IMG/VR virus record: IMGVR_UViG_3300036791_000462
Location: 1 to 64,000 of that record
Direction: 5' to 3' (one strand)
DNA length: 64,000 nt
Source of the DNA: a virus
Below are positions 56,431 through 64,000 of this stretch, one piece after another; positions within the stretch are counted from its first letter, which is position 1; each line of letters opens with the position of its first letter. Below the pieces are notes generated by a model that ran no database searches, had not been told where the DNA came from, and worked only from the letters and a program-made list of their open reading frames with translations. Both the position numbers and the translations under genes were made by a program.

Positions 56431-57024
56431 TTGAAACGCTTGACTCTCGCGGCCAGCATCTTTGCGCTGGCCGTTGCTCTACCTGGAGCCGCCGACGCGC
56501 GGTTATCCGACGCGCAGTACCACGCCTACTACCACGCCTACGCGCACGTGGTTCAGCAGTTCGGCCTACGCGCCGCCGGTTGCAAGCTGATGGGTGCGGA
56601 CCGCACCTGCCACGAACAGCCAACCGACCAGCGGGTGCTGGCCTCGACGGACGTGCTGCACAGGATCGTCGGGCCTGTCGCGTACCCAGCAGCGGCGCAC
56701 CAGTCGCATCACTTCCGTCCGAACCTGCCCGCGAGCACGCCGTCGGTGCCGACCCCGGCGATGAACGGACCGGTGCTCGCGTCCTACTACGACCTCTCCG
56801 GTGATGGTGCGTGCGGCGCACCGGCGCAGTCGGGCTACCAGTTCGCTTCGCTGATCCTGCCGTGCGGGACGCGGATCGTGATCTGCAACGGCTCGACGTG
56901 CGTGACCGCGACGATGAACGACCACGGCCCCTACGTCGCTGGGCGCACGTTCGACCTGAATGTGGCGTTGAAGGATGCGCTGGGCTGCGGCGGGCTCTGT
57001 GAGGTGACCTGGCGACCAGCCTAG
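56431..57024 (+). CDS. Secreted RlpA-like (DPBB) lytic-transglycosylase-family protein
   Basis: AGGAGG RBS, TTG start, signal peptide; ASYY..LPCGTRIVI..NDHGPYVAGRTFDL. Confidence 0.8.
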   Translation: MKRLTLAASIFALAVALPGAADARLSDAQYHAYYHAYAHVVQQFGLRAAGCKLMGADRTCHEQPTDQRVLASTDVLHRIVGPVAYPAAAHQSHHFRPNLPASTPSVPTPAMNGPVLASYYDLSGDGACGAPAQSGYQFASLILPCGTRIVICNGSTCVTATMNDHGPYVAGRTFDLNVALKDALGCGGLCEVTWRPA

Positions 57025-57096
57025 GATGTGTGCTGCGCCGCTCTCCCGTGCCCTTTCGAGCGGGACGCTCGTCGGGAGAGCGGCGCGAACGAATCT

Positions 57097-57303
57097 GTGG
57101 CGCAGCCGCCCGGCGGCCGGATCATCTGGCGGGTGCTCGCGTTCATGATCCGCGTTGACGGTGGGGTGGAGATCTCCGGGAACGTTCGCGACCTCGCCGA
57201 CCTGATCGGCTGGATCGCGGTCGCGGTCAAGCACGGTGAGGCGACCGCCGCGTACGTGACCGACGAGACGCTCACGAGACTGCGAATCGAACTGCTGGAC
57301 TAG
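57097..57303 (+). CDS. Hypothetical protein (start uncertain)
   Basis: ORF following the RlpA-like gene, converging on 57300. Confidence 0.4.
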   Translation: MAQPPGGRIIWRVLAFMIRVDGGVEISGNVRDLADLIGWIAVAVKHGEATAAYVTDETLTRLRIELLD

Positions 57304-57488
57304 TCGATCAGCAGTCGCTGGCCCATGCCCATCCCCAGGCCGCGTCCGAACCTTTCAAAGCACGGAACGCATTGATACGCCCACGGTCCCATCGTGGTCG
57401 CGGCATCGTACGCTGCCGGTCGTTCCTTGCAGATGTCGCAGGTCGGTCGTTCGCTGAGCACGTCGGTGGCGGTGTCGTCGTACAGCAC
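57300..57488 (-). CDS. Small Zn-finger phage protein
   Basis: CDIC..YDAATTMGPWAYQCVPC..GLGMGMGQ. Confidence 0.65.
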   Translation of the reverse strand: MLYDDTATDVLSERPTCDICKERPAAYDAATTMGPWAYQCVPCFERFGRGLGMGMGQRLLID

Positions 57489-57495
57489 GCGGCAT

Positions 57496-57543
57496 TCCTC
57501 TCGGTCGGTGTCCCACCACCAGCATAGCGCACGTCGTGCGTTA
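57496..57543 (-). promoter_or_regulatory. Repeat element, copy 9 (near-perfect palindrome)
   Basis: TAACGCACG-A-CGTGCGCTA, TATGCT, CGACCGAGAGGA. Confidence 0.8.
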
Positions 57544-57566
57544 GCGCAATGGTTTGCGCGACACGC

Positions 57567-57791
57567 CTACGACGCGAGGTCCAGCGACCCCTGGCCCGTC
57601 AACCCGCGCTTCATCTTCTGCACACAGTCGTCGTGCGCGAACACGTCGAGGTAGCGGTACACAACCCGGTCGGACATGTCGCGGCGGTTACCTGACGCGC
57701 GCAGCCGCTTGCGGGCGGTGAAGCACGACGTGGCCTGCCACACCTGCAGCCCATCCGGGTCAATCGGCTTCTTGCAGAAGAAACAGTTCAT
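57567..57791 (-). CDS. Small Zn-finger protein
   Basis: MNCFFCKK..HDDC after CGACCGAGGAG. Confidence 0.6.
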   Translation of the reverse strand: MNCFFCKKPIDPDGLQVWQATSCFTARKRLRASGNRRDMSDRVVYRYLDVFAHDDCVQKMKRGLTGQGSLDLAS

Positions 57792-58183
57792 GGCTCTCCT
57801 CGGTCGCGGGACATCCCGTCGCGAAATGTACGCGCAGCCGCAGACACCGCCCTTCCAAGACGCACGAACCAGGCTCCCAGGCGTTTGCAGGCTCCCTGAG
57901 CCCACCTCAGCGCCGTGGCGGCGATCCCAGCGACCCACACGGCCCCTGCAGCGACCAGCGCGCCGAGCGCCAGCACAGCCGCCCAGAGGCGCATCAGCAC
58001 CGTCGGCCGCTCCAGTTGGATCCTCGGCGGTCCTGTCTGCCACTCCGGTTTGAAGCCGCTGACCCACATCGTTTCGGACCGGTGGCAGCGTTCGCACACG
58101 CGCGTCCTTGTCGGCAGGTCCGAGCCGTTGCGCCAGTCGGAGAACTCGTGGCCGTACAGCGCGCAGCGAACCCTGCCGGTCAG
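57788..58183 (-). CDS. Hypothetical membrane protein (start uncertain)
   Basis: CALYGH..CERC plus one TM helix. Confidence 0.5.
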   Translation of the reverse strand: MTGRVRCALYGHEFSDWRNGSDLPTRTRVCERCHRSETMWVSGFKPEWQTGPPRIQLERPTVLMRLWAAVLALGALVAAGAVWVAGIAATALRWAQGACKRLGAWFVRLGRAVSAAARTFRDGMSRDRGEP

Positions 58184-59199
58184 AGATACTCGCGGTTGGC
58201 GATCACCTGGTCGCGGTATTTCGGTGGCAGTGTCTCGCACAGAAGCAGCCGGTCGGACGATTCGCGCGCCTGCTCGATCTCACCGAGATGCCAGGCGGCG
58301 ATGGATAGCTCAAATTCGCAGCCCCATTCGTACACCCAGCGGTGGACGAACAGCGCGTCTTCGGACATCGGGATCCGCGTGCCACGCTCAGCGACAACGT
58401 GCGCGGCGGCCCAGAACGCACGGTGACGCATCCGCCACGCGATCTCGTACAGCGGCTCGGCTCTGCTCGGGCGAAAGCTCCACGCTGCCAGCAGCCGCTC
58501 GATGTCGCCGGTCAGCTTGCCGATCTCGTACAGCGCGCAGAAGTGCTCCTCGGTCCAGCCGCCGAGCGCGGCGCGGTGCTCGTAGACGCTGAGCGCCTCG
58601 TCGCGACGGCCGAGGTCGCGCAGCGTGTTCGCGAGGTAGAAGACGGTGCGCGGGTCGTTGGGGTGGCGCTCGTTCTCGTCGGACAGGAGCTTCAGGTCAC
58701 GCTCGAACTTCTCCGGGCGATGCCCACCATCGCCGCTGTGCAGCACCGTGATCGACCGCAGACGCTGCGGCGGGATCTCCGCCTCGTTCGTCGCGATGTA
58801 CTCGTGCGTCGGCCCCACGAAAAACCAGTGTTTGTGACCTGACACCAATCGTTTGATCCAATACTCCGGGTCACCCTCATGGCGCAGCATGTAACTATCC
58901 ACCGCAAGGTTCAGTTCGACCTCGTCGTATGTGACAGTGTGGTCGGCGTCGAGCAGCAGCAGCCAGTCAGCTTTCCCGTACGCCAACTCCATCAGTTCGG
59001 TGCGGTTGTGACCAAAGTTCACCCATTCGCGTTCGTGCAGTTCACCGGGTATTCCGCTGCTTTCGATCAGGCGTTGGGTGCCGTCCTGGCTGCCGGTGTC
59101 AACGACCACAAACCTGTCCACCAGGCGGCGAACAGACTCCAGGCAGCGAACAATCGTGCTCGCCTCATCCCGAACGATCATCGCCAGCGCGATGCTCAG
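58180..59199 (-). CDS. Family 2 glycosyltransferase with TPR-like C-terminus (start uncertain)
   Basis: AMIVRDEA..VVVDTGSQDGT..NFGHNRT..LLLDAD..THEY..DPRTVFYLA..RPSRAEPLY. Confidence 0.88.
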   Translation of the reverse strand: MSIALAMIVRDEASTIVRCLESVRRLVDRFVVVDTGSQDGTQRLIESSGIPGELHEREWVNFGHNRTELMELAYGKADWLLLLDADHTVTYDEVELNLAVDSYMLRHEGDPEYWIKRLVSGHKHWFFVGPTHEYIATNEAEIPPQRLRSITVLHSGDGGHRPEKFERDLKLLSDENERHPNDPRTVFYLANTLRDLGRRDEALSVYEHRAALGGWTEEHFCALYEIGKLTGDIERLLAAWSFRPSRAEPLYEIAWRMRHRAFWAAAHVVAERGTRIPMSEDALFVHRWVYEWGCEFELSIAAWHLGEIEQARESSDRLLLCETLPPKYRDQVIANREYL

Positions 59200-59290
59200 G
59201 ACCGCCCCCGCCTTCGGCTCTCGCGTGCCATCGGTAGCAGGATCAGCAGCAGGTATGCGACACAGCCCACCTGCAACCCCGAACCGGCCA

Positions 59291-59533
59291 TCAGGCGTCG
59301 CCCCACCATTCCTCGTCCTGGGTTTCGGTGTACCAGCGCGAGCCGTGCTGAGGCATTGGTCGTGCGCTCCGTCCGTGCGGGCCGGGGAGCGCCCCGGCTG
59401 CCCACGCTGTGCCACTGGGCGGGCATGACTGGCTACCCCGCAGGTGGACCGGGTCAGGGGTGGTGCAAGCATCGGCGATGGCGTCGAGGCGACGCAGAGC
59501 GTGCTCGCGAGCGAGGTCGTGCGTGAAGGTCAT
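59291..59533 (-). CDS. Hypothetical protein
   Basis: MTFTHDLARE..; ATGA overlap. Confidence 0.45.
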   Translation of the reverse strand: MTFTHDLAREHALRRLDAIADACTTPDPVHLRGSQSCPPSGTAWAAGALPGPHGRSARPMPQHGSRWYTETQDEEWWGDA

Positions 59534-59823
59534 CCGCCGCTCCGAAGCGGCTGTCGGTGGGCCATCCGTACAGCCTCTTTCCACCGAGCCCATGTCCCCG
59601 ACGGCGGCTCACCTTCGCGCCCTGGGAACTCGACCACCTTCTTGCAAATGGTGCAGACCGCGACACCATCGGGGTATCGCGTGAGGTCGTGAACCGGCTG
59701 GCCTGGTCGGCATACCTTCCGGACTCCTGAGCCGCCGCACGTCGGGCATGTATCGACCGGCGGGTCGTCCAGCCACTCGGGTCTGTGGCTCACGCCCGTG
59801 CCATCGCAGTCGGAGCATTGCAT
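59530..59823 (-). CDS. DnaJ-type Zn-finger small protein
   Basis: CSDCDGTG..CPTCGGSG. Confidence 0.55.
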   Translation of the reverse strand: MQCSDCDGTGVSHRPEWLDDPPVDTCPTCGGSGVRKVCRPGQPVHDLTRYPDGVAVCTICKKVVEFPGREGEPPSGTWARWKEAVRMAHRQPLRSGG

Positions 59824-60077
59824 CAGCGTCTCCACCCGATCACGAGCGCGCGCTGGGACAGGTACTCGCCCCACTCGTTGCGACGCCACGGGCGCAGGAT
59901 GATCGCCTTGCTCGCATACCGGTTGCCCTCGCGGTCCAGCGTTGTGGCCTCGTCCACGATCCGGTAGCAGGTGCCCTGAATGCAGGTCGTGACGATCAGC
60001 CGCCCGAAGCGCTGGGCACGGAAGCGGTAGCGTCGCTCGGGTTCACGGCCCGCGCTCCTGCTCGCATAGTCGTTCAT
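59823..60077 (-). CDS. Hypothetical protein
   Basis: MNDYASRS..; ATGA overlap. Confidence 0.45.
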   Translation of the reverse strand: MNDYASRSAGREPERRYRFRAQRFGRLIVTTCIQGTCYRIVDEATTLDREGNRYASKAIILRPWRRNEWGEYLSQRALVIGWRR

Positions 60078-60622
60078 GCCTGCGACCGCCACGACGACGC
60101 CCACATGAACGGGAACCCAGCGAGCTTCGCGCACTGCTCATCCTCAGGCCGGTCGCCGACGAACAGTCCCAGATGCGGCGGGTACATCTCGTCGTAGCGG
60201 TGGGCGATGTCGAGCGCCGCTTCGATCAGCAGCCCCGGCGATGGTTTGCGACACCAGCACCACGCCATCTCGGGGTCATCAGCGTGGGGGTGATGGGAGC
60301 ACCACGCGAGCTTGTCGAACAGCTTGTCGGCCTGGTTGTACGTCTCGGTCATCGCAGCCTGCACCAGGCCGTAGCTGACGAGCCCAAGCGCGATCCCGCC
60401 CTGGTTCGAGACGCCGATGATCCTGCCGCCCTGGCGTTTCCAGACGCGCATCCGCTCCACGGCTTCGGGGAACACGACCACGTCCTCGGGGCCGTTCACG
60501 AACCGGCCGAGCGGGTCGTCCTTGCCTTGGCGGACGGTGCCGTCGATGTCGAGCACGAGCAGCGGCACGCGCTTCTCGACAGCAAACTCGCTGGCCCGTG
60601 CTGCGGCTTGGCTTTGGCTCAT
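60074..60622 (-). CDS. HAD-IIIA phosphatase (GmhB/HisB-N-like)
   Basis: LDIDGTV, VSNQGGI, CSHHP..CWCRKPSPGL, FVGDRPEDEQCA. Confidence 0.9.
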   Translation of the reverse strand: MSQSQAAARASEFAVEKRVPLLVLDIDGTVRQGKDDPLGRFVNGPEDVVVFPEAVERMRVWKRQGGRIIGVSNQGGIALGLVSYGLVQAAMTETYNQADKLFDKLAWCSHHPHADDPEMAWCWCRKPSPGLLIEAALDIAHRYDEMYPPHLGLFVGDRPEDEQCAKLAGFPFMWASSWRSQA

Positions 60623-61086
60623 AGCCATCCCATTCGCTTCGCGGTGTTGTACAGCAACAGCCGGACCTCCGGGCCGTAGTCAAACCGTGTCGAGTTCTGC
60701 ACGATGCTGCGACCCAGGTCACCGTCGGCGTGGCGGAGCGTCGCGGCTTTCCAGTCGGCGAGCATCTCCAGCACCTGGATCAGGTCCATGTCCCGCATCC
60801 CGTTCTCGAAATGCTCGGGGTGATGGTCGTTCTGGCGGTAGTGGTGTTTCAGCCCCTCGCCCATCCCGAGCAGGAAACGCTTGTACTCCTCAGAGCCGTA
60901 GGTGCTGTCTCGCAGCTTCGGGGTGTACTCGTTGAAAACCGCCAGTTCGGGCTCGACCATCTTTGACTCGTCGTGGTGCTCAGCGCGGATCTGCAGGTCC
61001 ACGATCACGGCTGCCAGCAGTTGCCGAACCTCGACTATGTGATCGAGCGTGTCCCGGCGGCTGTCGTAGCTCGTTGCCTCAGCCAC
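60619..61086 (-). CDS. HD-like protein (DUF5662-like)
   Basis: HI..HDESK..HHYRQNDHHPEHF..EMLADW. Confidence 0.8.
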   Translation of the reverse strand: MAEATSYDSRRDTLDHIVEVRQLLAAVIVDLQIRAEHHDESKMVEPELAVFNEYTPKLRDSTYGSEEYKRFLLGMGEGLKHHYRQNDHHPEHFENGMRDMDLIQVLEMLADWKAATLRHADGDLGRSIVQNSTRFDYGPEVRLLLYNTAKRMGWL

Positions 61087-61510
61087 GCGCGTAGCCCTCG
61101 ATACCGAACTCGGCGAGGAGCGCGATCACGCCCTCGCTGATCTCACGGTCGGGCATCACCACGTCGGGAGCTTCGCGCATCACCGCGCCCGAGCCCGCAC
61201 CGGCCGCCTGGAACGCGATCTCGCGGACACGGTCATCGAACCCGCGTTTGCGCTCGGTGCGGACGCCCTCGTCGTAGCCGGACATGATCGCGTTCGCGAA
61301 CCAGCCGATCATCGTGCCCTCGTCCGTCGGGATTCCGGGGTTCAAGCGGACGATCCGGGCGAACTCCTGCGCCCACGTCTGCGCGTCGGTGTTGCCGACT
61401 AGCTCCATCTCAACGTTGCTCACGGCATCTCCCTCGTGTGAGGCTTGGGCCTTCAGGTATCGGTAGCGCCGCTCGGCCACGCGGCCCGGTTCATCGTTAC
61501 TCACGCTCAC
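61079..61510 (-). CDS. Hypothetical protein
   Basis: DAQTWAQEF..MIGWFANAIMSG phage-like motif. Confidence 0.6.
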   Translation of the reverse strand: MSVSNDEPGRVAERRYRYLKAQASHEGDAVSNVEMELVGNTDAQTWAQEFARIVRLNPGIPTDEGTMIGWFANAIMSGYDEGVRTERKRGFDDRVREIAFQAAGAGSGAVMREAPDVVMPDREISEGVIALLAEFGIEGYARG

Positions 61511-61941
61511 GGAAGCTCCTTCATTCGGTGATCCACACACTCCTGGAACTCCGCTGCGAACCTACCGCCGCCACGAGCCGCCAGGCCGAATATCTGCGTC
61601 ACGATCCCCGCTGCGCCATCAGGGCCGAACAGGTACATCTGCTTGACGCGGTCGGTGGCGTAGTTGATCCGGCCCTCCATGATCAGCGCCATCGACGGGG
61701 CCTCGTCGCGTTTGGAGTCCACCAGGATCACCTCGTTGTAGTCGAGCAGCACCGCGCCGCGCATGTCGAGCAGCGAGTCGCCCCGGCCGTACGGGGAGCC
61801 GCCGACGCTGTCACCGCCGCTGCGAGCCGGATCGTGAAGTTGTTCGGCGTGCTCGCGCATCACCGCGCGCAGGCGTTCCACCTCACGCGCAAGGTCGGCT
61901 TTCGGCCAGTCCATCAGACGGGCGGGAGGCGGTCCGCTCAC
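61507..61941 (-). CDS. Hypothetical protein
   Basis: Chained ORF, GTGA overlap. Confidence 0.55.
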   Translation of the reverse strand: MSGPPPARLMDWPKADLAREVERLRAVMREHAEQLHDPARSGGDSVGGSPYGRGDSLLDMRGAVLLDYNEVILVDSKRDEAPSMALIMEGRINYATDRVKQMYLFGPDGAAGIVTQIFGLAARGGGRFAAEFQECVDHRMKELP

Positions 61942-62411
61942 ACTGTTTCCGGCAGCGCCAGCAGCGGCGCTTCTAGCTCGATCCGGCCGTCGTGAGCAAG
62001 CTCCTCGTAGACGGTCCTGTTGGTGCGCGGGTTGATCAGGTGCGGCAGGAACGCCTGCTCGAAGCTCTCCAGACCCTCGTCCACGGCCACCATCCGGGCC
62101 TTGAGGTTCCACGCCAAGACACGCCAGATCCGCCGCTCCTCCTGCGCGTACATCTCGTTGCGAATCTGGGCGACGGTTTTGACGTGCGCGCGCACCGCTT
62201 TGGCTCGCACGTCGTGCTCGTTGACGAGCGTCAGCGGCACGCGCATGCGCACGGTGTGAGCCTTGATCGTGAACGTGATCGCTGCCCACCGCCAGTTGCC
62301 TTCGCGCTCCTCACCGAACGCGAGCCGGTCAGCGCCGTGGTCTTGCAGCAGCTTGCGGATCTCCGCCTGCGAGCGTTCAACTGCGACGGTAGTGGTTGCG
62401 TATGCGGTCAT
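61938..62411 (-). CDS. Conserved phage hypothetical protein
   Basis: YATTTVAVERSQAEI..WRVLAWNLKARM..FEQAFLPHL. Confidence 0.65.
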   Translation of the reverse strand: MTAYATTTVAVERSQAEIRKLLQDHGADRLAFGEEREGNWRWAAITFTIKAHTVRMRVPLTLVNEHDVRAKAVRAHVKTVAQIRNEMYAQEERRIWRVLAWNLKARMVAVDEGLESFEQAFLPHLINPRTNRTVYEELAHDGRIELEAPLLALPETV

Positions 62412-62617
62412 GTCGCACTTGGCCCCCGGCTCGTGGCTTCGGATAGCGCTCGTCGCGTTTCGGCTTCGATCTCCTCAAGCCATGCCGACGTTTGGAGCGC
62501 CTGAGCGCTGTCGGCAGGGAGCATTTTGGCTTGGTTCATGTGCTCGACCGTGGCCCGTAAGAACACGGCGGCAGCGAAAGACAGGGTGACCGTGACTGAC
62601 GCTTCGCTTCGGCCCAT
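62408..62617 (-). CDS. Hypothetical protein
   Basis: MGRSEASV..; TGATG overlap. Confidence 0.5.
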   Translation of the reverse strand: MGRSEASVTVTLSFAAAVFLRATVEHMNQAKMLPADSAQALQTSAWLEEIEAETRRALSEATSRGPSAT

Positions 62618-62820
62618 CAGGATTCGGACTCGGCGCACATCGGGCAGCGGTAGCGCTCGGCAAACTCGCGCCACAGGGATTCGGTCATCCCGACCTTGGC
62701 GGCTGCCGGTGGGATGTCCGGCAGGAAGTCGAGCAGCGTGCCGGTGCCGAGTGGTTGGTCGCAGGCGACGCATCGTGGGGGTTGGGCACGCACGACGCCT
62801 TGTGTTTCGTAGCTGCTCAT
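62617..62820 (-). CDS. Small Zn-finger protein
   Basis: CVAC..CPMC. Confidence 0.55.
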   Translation of the reverse strand: MSSYETQGVVRAQPPRCVACDQPLGTGTLLDFLPDIPPAAAKVGMTESLWREFAERYRCPMCAESES

Positions 62821-63107
62821 ACGCTCAGGTCGATGGCGTTGCGGTGATACCCGGAGTCGGGGTCGGCTTCGTGCTCGGCTAGCAGCCGCATCACCCGGTC
62901 GGTCACGAGCGGCTGTAGATCCTCGGGGACGCTGTCGTAGAAGGCCTCCAGCGGGATGCCCTGAAAGAACCCGCCGTCGCGGATGATCTCCTCGTCGGAG
63001 GGTTGCTTGGCGAACTCTTGCCAGAACGCCCCGTTGCATGGGTGGTCGTATCCAACGACAACTCGTTCCTGGCCGGTTGGGTATCTGCTCAGGATGATTC
63101 GGCTCAC
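62817..63107 (-). CDS. Hypothetical protein
   Basis: MSRIIL..VVVGYDHPCNGAFWQ after CGACCGAGGAG. Confidence 0.6.
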   Translation of the reverse strand: MSRIILSRYPTGQERVVVGYDHPCNGAFWQEFAKQPSDEEIIRDGGFFQGIPLEAFYDSVPEDLQPLVTDRVMRLLAEHEADPDSGYHRNAIDLSV

Positions 63108-63114
63108 GGCATTG

Positions 63115-63173
63115 CTCCTCGGTCGGTGGGTAGAAAACCAACCCTAGCGTACGCACCTGACGTGTGTTAGGTT
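63115..63173. promoter_or_regulatory. Repeat element, copy 10, possibly bidirectional
   Basis: TAACACACG-TC-AGGTGCGTA (20 bp); minus-strand -10 TACGCT; plus-strand -10 TAGGTT. Confidence 0.65.
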
Positions 63174-63249
63174 TCCCGCAACGAGCGGTCCTGAGTACGG
63201 CAGGGGAGCCGCCTCAAGCCAGCCTGTCGCCCCCGGCAGGCTCGCAGCG

Positions 63250-63295
63250 AACAGGAGCCCCGGTTCTGAGCACAATCAGCCGGGGCTCCTGTTTT
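63250..63295 (+). terminator. Strong intrinsic terminator-like hairpin
   Basis: AACAGGAGCCCCGG..CCGGGGCTCCTGTT followed by TT. Confidence 0.75.
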
Positions 63296-64000
63296 GACAT
63301 TTCGCGGCGCAACGCTCCTTCTAGGTAGGTATGGGCTACTACACGTTCGCGACTACCAACCACGCGCCGCGCTGCCAGCGGCAGATCGAGCCGGTGCTCG
63401 TCCGCCTCACCAAGGCTCGCTACAACCTTGCGCCGCTTCAGACGGTGCGTTTCACGCCTCGGTACTTCGAGCCGGTGTCGTGCACCCGGCCGATGGTTTA
63501 CGGCGTCGGAGGTGTCTCGCCGCGCATTCGCATGCGCCGCCAGGATCAGCTTGGGGTGCGCCGGATGCCGACGGATCGTTACGAGCCGATTGGGTAGAAA
63601 GAAGGTGCCCTCCGGACAACGGCGTCCTTGGCCGGTGAAGCGGGGCAGGGGTGGTGGGAAGTGCTCTGGCAACCACCACCAGATGAATGCAACTGCATAC
63701 CCGGTGGTGGACGCCAGCCGTGGCCGGGGGGTTCGGCTGACGCCCACCTCCTGGTTGGGAGGAGGGGCGTCGGCGCTTCGGGAGCGACCGGATTTGTTAG
63801 TAGCCGCCGACGCCGCTTGCAATGGTGCGGCCTGGTGCTTTTCGGCAGGTGAAGTTTTCGGTGCTTTGGACGGATAGGCAGGCGCGTCGGACTGTCTGGC
63901 AGGGGGGCGACAGCCGACGCGCCTAACGATTCAACGTAGGCGACCGGGCCGGACTTTGGGCTACAACGCGTGAATCGGGCGGAGGTCCACCGGCTGGCCG

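Noticed and set aside
21132-63173. CRISPR array or true integron interpretation of the repeats
   Set aside because: The copies are degenerate, dispersed hundreds of bases to kilobases apart and much shorter than attC sites; no cas or intI gene was seen.
63175-63187. CCCGCAACGAGCG matches a conserved 16S rRNA 13-mer
   Set aside because: The flanks do not continue as rRNA; probably chance.
63331-63877. Plus-strand ORFs at the right edge
   Set aside because: No recognisable motif and atypical composition; cannot be supported without the adjacent sequence.
47-64000. Many long plus-strand ORFs (for example 5245-7314, 7318-8877, 14322-15965, 27707-29263)
   Set aside because: They are antisense shadows of real minus-strand genes in GC-rich DNA, with Arg/Pro-rich translations and no recognisable motifs.

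Overview
This window is a 64 kb internal segment of a high-GC tailed bacteriophage or prophage with a contractile (myovirus-like) tail. The host is probably actinobacterial, judging from the GC content, TANNNT promoters with leaderless starts and a DUF6131-like gene. Almost all genes lie on the minus strand. Read in transcription order (right to left), the window holds: (1) clusters of small hypothetical, putatively early genes, including a HAD phosphatase, an HD-like DUF5662 protein, a GT2-TPR glycosyltransferase, a plus-strand RlpA-like gene and a secreted repeat protein; (2) putative head-packaged 'polyvalent' proteins (Zeta-kinase plus RelA/SpoT-like; PG-binding plus ParB-like) that share HPRGRGGxW tags and LxE motifs; (3) a ~13.5 kb block of giant Ala/Thr-repeat, lectin and esterase virion-appendage genes; (4) the canonical module of prohead protease/scaffold, cement, major capsid, head-tail joining, sheath, tube, frameshifted chaperone, tape measure and baseplate, cut off at the left edge. 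I did not recognise a terminase, portal, endolysin, integrase, replication gene, tRNA or CRISPR array. The most striking non-coding signal is a dispersed element of ten copies: a 19-bp palindrome that overlaps a -10 box, followed by a 5' hairpin and a CGACCGAGGAG start sequence. It heads small-gene cassettes interleaved among the late genes. All family calls come from motif recognition by eye, not database searches.
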